Origin: Eledone cirrhosa
Taxonomy: Eukaryota
Length of the DNA: 64,000 nt
NCBI GenBank assembly: GCA_964016885.1
Contig: OZ024761.1
Coordinates: 14,880,001-14,944,000, forward strand
Reading direction: 5' to 3'
Under the pieces are notes generated by a model. The model did no database searches. It was not told the DNA's origin and saw only the letters and a program-made list of their open reading frames with translations. Positions 55,627 through 64,000 of this stretch are shown one piece after another (positions within the stretch are counted from its first letter, which is position 1; each line of letters begins with the position of its first letter). Position numbers and translations under genes: made by a program.

Positions 55627-55629
<3 letters not shown>
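55487..55629. mobile_element. Fold-back with hammerhead 3' half (GAAA-TGCGC-ATA)
   Basis: Perfect 70-bp arms with a 3-nt loop. Homologous to 49430-49490. Confidence 0.7.
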
Positions 55630-55657
<28 letters not shown>

Positions 55658-55850
55658 TTGAAGTTAGAAGGCCAGAACAATGCAGGTATGGATATAGAAT
55701 ATAAATACAAATGCAAAAGATATCGCTCACAATTAGTCTTTTACCTTAAATTTATTTGAATATCCTTATATTTCAAGATAATATCTCTTCTTCAGAGGGA
55801 AGTAAAGGGGTTAATCCAGTGTTCTAATTAGCTTGCCAAGTCATGCTGAC

Positions 55851-56049
55851 AGGAAAGTGTGGTAAGATACCAGGTGGACCATAATGCACCAGAGTACTCG
55901 ATACTTAGGGTAGTAGAGTGGGTAATAGGAAAAGAGTCAGGACCCCGACGGATGAGCTCCGGCCGTTTCGATAGCTGCTAGATCTGAGTTTAGATCTAGC
56001 TGTCGAAACGGCCGGAGCTCAGCCGTCGGGGTCCTGACTCTTTCCCTAT
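55851..56049 (-). mobile_element. Second copy of the 39121 family, opposite orientation
   Basis: Hairpin 55925-56049. The tail acccactctactaccctaagtat.gagtact.tggtg..ttatggtccacctgg is shared with 39238-39295. Confidence 0.7.
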
Positions 56050-56182
56050 ATATATAATTGGGTGTTGGATGCTTAAAGTGTCTGTATGTGGTAGGCCGTA
56101 TGAGCACTTGATGCTCTCATAGAGCAGAGTATGATATCACAGAAAAAAAGAGAATCAGTGTTGCGACGAATGGAATTCATTG

Positions 56183-56278
56183 GACATATTACAATCGTTT
56201 CCCTGGCGACCAGCTCGAGGCACGAACAATTTGATGATCGATCCTGACTCTGAAAATCACAAGGTCCTCAGATACGTC
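56183..56278 (-). ncRNA. Type I hammerhead ribozyme motif (mirror copy of 56312-56406)
   Basis: Reverse complement reads gacgtat CTGAGGA ccttgtg...tcgccagg GAAA cgatt GTA atatgtc. The core is intact. Confidence 0.78.
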
Positions 56279-56311
56279 TTGATTTTAGGAAATTCTGCTT
56301 CATAGAATCAA

Positions 56312-56406
56312 GACGTATCTGAGGACCTTGCGATTTTCAGATCAGGTTCGATCATCAAATCGATCGTGCCTCGAGCTGGTTGCCAGGGAAACGATTGTAA
56401 TATGTC
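56312..56406 (+). ncRNA. Type I hammerhead ribozyme motif with long stem II
   Basis: Stem I gacgtat/atatgtc. CTGAGGA 56319-56325. Stem II closed by ccttgcgat/gttgccagg. GAAA 56388-56391. Self-complementary stem III ACGATTGT. GUA site at 56397-56399. Confidence 0.8.
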
Positions 56407-57036
56407 CAATAAATTCCATTCGTCGCAACACTGATTCTCTTTTTTTCTGTGATATATATATATATATATATGAGATCGAGATGGTGTAGGTGTCACGAGA
56501 AAAAAAACACACAGTCCACGCTGTAATGTGGCTGTGTAGGTAGCATGGTAAAAAGTTCCCATTTCCACACTGTAAATGGGGTTAGTGTTAGGAAGAGCAT
56601 CCATCCGTATACAACCTGCCAGATAGTCCTATATGAGCGAGACACGGTCACCTGACCAACCTTGCCTCAAGTGGGACAACTCCCATCTAACCCATGCTAG
56701 CGTGGAAGATGGACGTTAAACGAAGAAGATGATGATGATGATGATCAGAAGATAGAATGAAAAATAAAGGAATAGAAAGATAGAGAAGAAGAATAAATGG
56801 AAAAGAAAAAAAACATTGGAGGTGGGGAGGGAGAAAAAGCACCTGTGGTGTGTGTGTGAGAGTGTGTACGCACGTGCAGTGATGGTGGTTGTAGTACAAT
56901 AACTGCTAGTTTGGTGTAATTTAAAACATCAGCCTATTTAACAACAATGAAAGGGAAGGTCAAAGGTTGTGTATGTAGAAGGGTGAGGGACAGTAAAGAA
57001 GGTGCTGGGGGTGTGGGGCAATATTAACAGAACCTA

Positions 57037-57127
<91 letters not shown>

Positions 57128-57169
57128 TGTGTGTGTGTGTGTATATATGTGTGTGTGTGTGTGTATATA

Positions 57170-57200
<31 letters not shown>

Positions 57201-57215
57201 GTGTATGTGTATATA

Positions 57216-57246
<31 letters not shown>

Positions 57247-57415
57247 GTGTGTGTGTGTGTATATATATATATATGTGTGTGTATATATATGTGTGTGTGT
57301 GTATATATGTGTGTGTGCATATATGTATGTATGTGTGTGTGTGTATATATATATATGTGTGTGTATATATATGTGTGTATATATGTGTGTGTGCATATAT
57401 GTATGTATGTGTGTG

Positions 57416-57446
<31 letters not shown>

Positions 57447-57553
57447 GTATATATGTGTGTATATATGTGTGTATATATGTGTATATATATATATGTGTGT
57501 ATGTATATATGTGTGTATATATATATATATGTGTGTGTGTATATATATATATA

Positions 57554-57604
<51 letters not shown>

Positions 57605-57710
57605 GTGCATATATGTATATACATATATATATATATGTGCATATATGTATATATATATATATGTGTATATATATATATATGTGTATATATATATATATGT
57701 GTATATATGT

Positions 57711-57743
<33 letters not shown>

Positions 57744-58117
57744 AGTATATGTATATATATATGTATATATATATGTATATATATATATGTATATAAATAT
57801 GTATATATGTATATATATATATGTATACATATAGGGGGAGGGGGGAGGGCAACAATGTATAGAGACAGGAAAGGGGGGATGCTGTGAGGTGGGGTAGGGG
57901 GACAAATTGCCAAAATAATTTCTATGGAACAACAGTTAAAAAAGAAATGTCAAGCAACTGTGCAGCTGTAGTGTTAGTTTCACAGTTTGCTGTTTATGCT
58001 TTGCAACAGCTGACTGCATCTCTTGTGCATGTGTGTGTGTGTATAAATATACATGTGTACGCGTGTGTGTGTGTATACACATATATATATATATATCATC
58101 ATTGAATATATATATAT

Positions 58118-58308
58118 ATAATTGTTTTTACTTTTGGCACAAGGCCAGCAATTATCTCAGTACATTACTGGTACTTTATTTTATCGACCCCGTAAGGATG
58201 AAAGGCAAAGTTAACCTCGGCGGGATTTGAACTCAGAATGGCAAGGGCCGTAACTCTATGCGTCAAAGCATGACGTCCGACCCTCTACCAATACTGCCAA
58301 TCCACTGC
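58118..58308 (-). mobile_element. SINE family A
   Basis: Full-length match to the family. Confidence 0.8.
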
Positions 58309-58911
58309 CCTATATATATGTATATAATGTGTATATATATGTGTGTGGGTGTGTGTCTATATATATATGTGTGTGTGTGTCTATATATATGTGTGTGTGT
58401 ATGTGTGTATATATATATGTGTGTGTATGTGTGTATATATATATGTGTGTGTATGTGTGTATATATATATGTGTGTGTACGTGTCTATATATATGTGTGT
58501 GTTTGTGTATGTGCCTATATATATGTGTATGTGTGTATGTCTATATAGATATATATGTGTGTGTGTGTGTGTCTATATATATGTGTGTGTATGTGTCTAT
58601 ATATATGTGTGTATATGTCTATATATGTGTATGTGTGTGTCTCTGTAAATCTATGTATATGTGATGTTGGGATTACATACTGTGTTAAATGTTAAACTTG
58701 AATAATAAAACTGCTAATCTCGCCCCCCCCCCCCCCTCTCTCAACATTCCCAAATTATTATTATTAGCTGCTATTAAACAGCACTATGTTCTATATTCTT
58801 TACATTGCATATATATGTGTGTGTATATGCATATATATATATATTTAGAGAGAGAGAGAGAGAGAGAGAGGTGGATTAGTAGTATCGGTAGAGCGCCGGA
58901 CAAAATATAAA

Positions 58912-59258
58912 TGGAGGCACATGGCTTAGTGGTTAGAGCATTGGCCTTGCAATCGAAAGGTTGTGAGTTCAATTCTCAGACCGGGTGATGTGTTGTTTCC
59001 TTGAGCAAGACACTTTATTTCACATTGCTCCAGTTTACTCAGCTGTAGAAATGAGATGATAGGACTGGGGTCCCTATCATTCCACTGCAAAGTGGTCATG
59101 GAGGTGCCACGACAAAAAAGCACCCAGCACTCACTGTAAATGAGGTTGATGTTAGGAAGGGCATCCAGCTGTAGAAATCAAGCCAGAATCAGTTCCCATC
59201 CCACCCTTGCAAGCAGGGAAAAACCCCCGGACGTAAAATGAAATGATGATGATGATGA
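58912..59258 (+). mobile_element. SINE family B
   Basis: Family match. Confidence 0.8.
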
Positions 59259-60470
59259 TAATATACATATACACACACATAGACTCTATCAACATTCCTT
59301 CACTTTCCCTCTCTCCTATATCTACTTCACCATATATATATATATAGTACAGCCCACCCCCCACCCCGTGCTTCACCTCTCTAAAATCACACTCTATAAG
59401 ACATGGTTTTGTTTTCATATTTGGGTCTGTGTGTTAGGAAACAAATATAGCCATCATCACCATCATCATTATCATCATCATCATCATCATCATCGTGTCA
59501 CCACCACCACCAGCACCACCACCACCACATCAACCACAACCTCAATGTTAAAAGATGATGGTGGTGATGATGATGGTCATACTGACAGTGATAAGTGAAG
59601 ATGGTGGTGGTGGTGATGAGTGAGTCAATTTTAAGACAATGATGATGATGATGATGATAAGTGAACCCTGTGGTGGTGGTGGTGGTGATGAGTGAGTCAA
59701 TTTTAAGACAATGATGATGATGATGATGGTGATAAGTGAACCCTGTGGTGGTGGTGGTGGTGGTGGTGGTTGAGTGAGTAGATTTTAAGACAATGATGAT
59801 GATGATAAGTGAAGCCTGTGGTGGTGGTGGTGGTGGTTGAGAGTAAACTTTAAGACAATGATGATGATGATGATGATAAGTGAAGCCTGTGGTGGTGGTG
59901 GTGGTGGTGGTTGAGTGAGTAAATTTTAAGACAATGATGATGATGATGGTGATAAGTGAAGCCTGTGGTGGTGGTGGTGGTGGTGGTGGTTGAGTGAGTA
60001 AATTTTAAGACAATGATGATGATGATGATGATGATGGTGATAAGTGAAGCCTGTGGTGGTGGTGGTGGTGGTGGTGGTTGAGTGAGTGAATGAAGGTTAA
60101 GATGATGATGATGACGATGATTATGATAGTGTTAAGTGATAATGCTGATTATAATGATGGTGGTAGGTCATAAAGTTGTGTTGGGTTACTTTGATGAACA
60201 GGAAGTGAGAACCAACAGTTTCTTAATCTTTTGAACTCTAAATGTGATTTTATTTTATTTTATTTTATTTAGCTAACCCCTTTCTTCCTGCCACACCCCT
60301 GTTTTTTACCCTCTGGTGTGTGTATGTATGTATGGGCTGGGTGTGGGGAACATAAGAGATAGGACTAATGGTGTGTGGTGGTGGTGGTGGTGCTGCTGGT
60401 AGGGCTTTTATCCACTTCCGGTCCACTGAATTCTCTACCCCTCATCTCTTACCTGTATCTCACCTGTATC

Positions 60471-61031
60471 TCAGCTGAACTTTGGAGTGTATGGGAGGAA
60501 CCACACACTCCAACCTCTCAGCTGAACTTTGGAGTGTATGGGAGGAACCACACACTCCAACCTCTCAGCTGAACTTTGGAGTGTATGGGAGGAACCACAC
60601 ACTCCAACCTCTCAGCTGAACTTTGGAGTGTATGGGAGGAACCACACACTCCAACCTCTCAGCTGAACTTTGGAGTGTATGGGAGGAACCACACACTCCA
60701 ACCTCTCAGCTGAACTTTGGAGTGTATGGGAGGAACCACACACTCCAACCTCTCAGCTGAACTTTGGAGTGTATGGGAGGAACCACACACTCCAACCTCT
60801 CAGCTGAACTTTGGAGTGTATGGGAGGAACCACACACTCCAACCTCTCAGCTGAACTTTGGAGTGTATGGGAGGAACCACACACTCCAACCTCTCAGCTG
60901 AACTTTGGAGTGTATGGGAGGAACCACACACTCCAACCTCTCAGCTGAACTTTGGAGTGTATGGGAGGAACCACACACTCCAACCTCTCAGCTGAACTTT
61001 GGAGTGTATGGGAGGAACCACACACTCCAAC
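60471..61031. repeat. 47-bp homogeneous minisatellite, ~12 copies, each with a stem-loop
   Basis: tcagctgaactttggagtgtatgggaggaaccacacactccaacctc. Confidence 0.95.
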
Positions 61032-62466
61032 CGACAAGAAGATTTCTCCTCACCACCACCACTTGTATTATATGGGAGCCCTCCTCCCCTCCTCTGACAC
61101 GAGATTCTCCACCTACCTGCATTTCAGAGTATGTAAGGAGCCACACCCATCCTCTTTCACAGATGAGATGTGAAGGGGGTTTAGCAGCTATTTCTAGTAC
61201 TGTAACTGACTACATAGAAGCTCCCTCTGTTGGTTGTGTTGTTTTTGTCTTTGTCGTTATTGTTGTTGTTGTCATCCTACATCTCTGAATAAGGATATAT
61301 TTGGAGTGACTGCTCTTCTAGGCAGGTTGCCTTTGTTGTGGCTTACAGAGACTTACATCTCTGAATAAGGATATGTTTGGAGTTCCTGGTCTCCTAGGCG
61401 GGTTGCCTTTGTTGTGGCATACAGAGTCCTATATCTCTTGAATAGGGGTATATTTGGAGTTACTGCTCCTCTAGATGAGTTGCCTTCACTTCAGCTTTGC
61501 TGAATTCACATCTACCTAGTAGTGTGGATGGTTACTTTGGCTGCGTGTGTAGATACATGGAGAAAGAAGTGTGCGTTTGTGTGTGTATAGACATGGAGAG
61601 AGAAGTGTGACACTGTGTGTGTGTGTATCAGAAGAAATACAGAACTGATTTAACAGGCATATGATCAAAGATGCGTTCCATCCATGACCTTCACTTCTTT
61701 TATTCAGATATATTATATTTAGGGCTACATTATCTCGTCTGTAGTCGTTTCCTTCCTTTTCATAACACAGCAGGCTATAATTTGAGGGGAGGTTTGGTTG
61801 CTTTTTCTCCTATTTCAAGTGACTTTTATAGGGCTGGCTGATGAGTGTGGGGGGAGATAATTATTAGGTGGAGTAAGGAATAAAGGGAGGTAATCTGTTA
61901 GATTAGGTGACCTCTGAGAGTTTGGTTAAAATATCACAGAAGAACCCAGCCATACATAAACACACTTACACATACATACTTGAACAGACACACACACACA
62001 CCCTCACACACACACACATACACATACATATATACATACTCTGTCTTGCACGCATACATGCCTACATACTCACACACGCATATACACTCCTACACACTCT
62101 CGCACATAAACATACTCACACATGCAGACATACACACACCACACACTATTAGACCAATATTTCTGCTTGTGGTAATCCTAGAATCTTTAGAATAACGCTC
62201 TGTCTCTCTTGACATATACACACACCTGTGGAAACTATATTTATATGTGTGTAGATATATTTGTGTATATGGATATATATATGTGTGTATACATGTGTGT
62301 AGATGTTTGTGTGTGCACATGTATATACATGTTTATATGTATCCATGTGTATACATATCCATTTGTATATGTGATGTATGTGCTTGTATGTGTGTGGATA
62401 CATGTATGTATATGTTTATGTGTGCACATGTATGTACATGTGCGTATGTGTGTCTATGTATATCTT

Positions 62467-62498
<32 letters not shown>

Positions 62499-62655
62499 CA
62501 CAAAGATATACATGTACACACATACGCACATGTACATACAGATGTGTATATATATATATATATATATACACAAAGATATACATGTACACACGTACGCACA
62601 TGTACATACAGATGTGTATATATATATATATATATATATACACATCTGTATGTGA

Positions 62656-62686
<31 letters not shown>

Positions 62687-63169
62687 GTGTATGTATGTAT
62701 GTGTTTTTTTGTGTGTGTGTGCGTATATATATATATATGTTTTTGTGTGTGTGCATATCCATGTATATATTTGTGTATGTATATCTATGAATCTGTATGT
62801 ATATGTGATGCATATGCTTGTAGGTATGTGTATATGTGTGTATATGTGTGTATATGAATATATGTTTTTGTGTGTGTATGTCTGCCACAAGTAGGTCACA
62901 TTTGGACTGGCCTTGTGGAAACTGAAGAGGATGTATAGGCAGTCAGTAATAAGTTGTTGCCTGTCAGATCAATTTCTCAACCAAACCCACCCCGCTCGTG
63001 TCACCCGCACACCACAACTAACCACCCACAAACCCACACCACACATACCTTTTCCACCCACCAATGTCTTGTGTATATGTATGTCTCTGAGTGTTGGCCT
63101 ATGTGTCTATGTGTGTGTCTGAGTGTGGACCTATATGTCTATGTATGTGAGTGTGAGCATGTGTGTGTG

Positions 63170-63900
63170 TGTGTCTGAGTGTGGGCCTATGTGCCCATGT
63201 GTGTGTCTGAGTGTTGACCGATGTGTGTCTGAGTGTGGGCCTATGTGCCCATGTGTGTGTCTGAGTGTTGACCGATGTGTGTCTGAGTGTGGGCCTATGT
63301 GCCCATGTGTGTGTCTGAGTGTTGACCGATGTGTGTCTGAGTGTGGGCCTATGTGCCCATGTGTGTGTCTGAGTGTTGACCGATGTGTGTCTGAGTGTGG
63401 GCCTATGTGCCCATGTGTGTGTCTGAGTGTTGACCGATGTGTGTCTGAGTGTGGGCCTATGTGCCCATGTGTGTGTCTGAGTGTTGACCGATGTGTGTCT
63501 GAGTGTGGGCCTATGTGCCCATGTGTGTGTCTGAGTGTTGACCTATGTGTGTGTGTGTATGTGTATCTGAATGTGGGCATATGTGTTCATGTGTGTGTGT
63601 GTGTTTGAGTGTGTGCATATGTGTCTGTGTGTGTGCATCTGAGTGTGGGCCTATGTGTGTGTGTGTGTGTGTGTGTGTGAGTGTGGGCCTGTGTGTGTGT
63701 CTGTGTGTGGACCTGTGTCTGAGTGTGGGCCTATGTGTGTGTGTGTGTGTGTGTGGGGGCCTGTGTGGGTGTGTGTCTGAGTGTGGACTTGTGTCTATGT
63801 GTGTGTCTGAGTGTGGGCCTGTGTGAGTGTGGACCTGTGTGGGTGTGTGTGTGTCTGAGTGTAGGCATATGTGTGTGCATGAGTGTGGGCCTGTGTCTGT
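63170..63900. repeat. 54-bp minisatellite decaying into TG-rich repeats
   Basis: gtgtgtctgagtgtgggcctatgtgcccatgtgtgtgtctgagtgttgaccgat. Confidence 0.9.
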
Positions 63901-64000
63901 GTGTGTCTGTAGAAATTGACTAGATGGCATAACTTTGTTGGAACTCTTCCAGGTTTCATGATGAATGCACTAATCTACACCCACTCTATAAAGTTAAGTT

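Larger units (their letters stand above)
56134..56455. mobile_element. Fold-back of two hammerhead-bearing terminal repeats (Penelope-like pLTR candidate)
   Basis: Arms of ~155 bp with few mismatches, ~15-nt spacer, (TA)n on the right. Confidence 0.75.

Noticed and set aside
60471-61031. CRISPR-like array of palindromic repeats
   Set aside because: No unique spacers, no cas genes, and a eukaryotic context.
12820-63930. Numerous [12 protein letters not shown], poly-His, poly-Ser and poly-Met ORFs
   Set aside because: Translations of microsatellites.

Overview
Repeat-rich eukaryotic DNA, most likely from an octopus or related cephalopod. That assignment is inferred from the dense (TA)n/(CA)n/(CAT)n microsatellites and the SINE repertoire. 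The only host coding sequence I can support is one large first coding exon of a homeodomain-interacting protein kinase (HIPK; + strand, ATG 9231, splice donor after 10414). I could not find the next exon, so the remaining ~53 kb appears to be a single intron. That intron is filled with tRNA-derived SINEs, RTE-type LINE fragments, a DD37D Tc1/mariner relic, hAT/TTAA/TA MITEs, a Helitron and many minisatellites. The ORF track misses the most notable signal: a recurring set of short elements embedded in (TA)n that carry type I hammerhead ribozyme motifs (CUGANGA..GAAA, self-complementary stem III, NUH site). Many are arranged as divergent fold-back pairs, with two complete ribozymes back to back at 26121-26465 and 56134-56455, and half-ribozyme fold-backs at 11692, 39121, 55487 and 55925. 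They resemble Penelope-like element terminal repeats and share a short downstream motif. Apart from the transposon remnants, almost all other ORFs in the track are translations of simple repeats. All alignments and base-pairings were done by eye.
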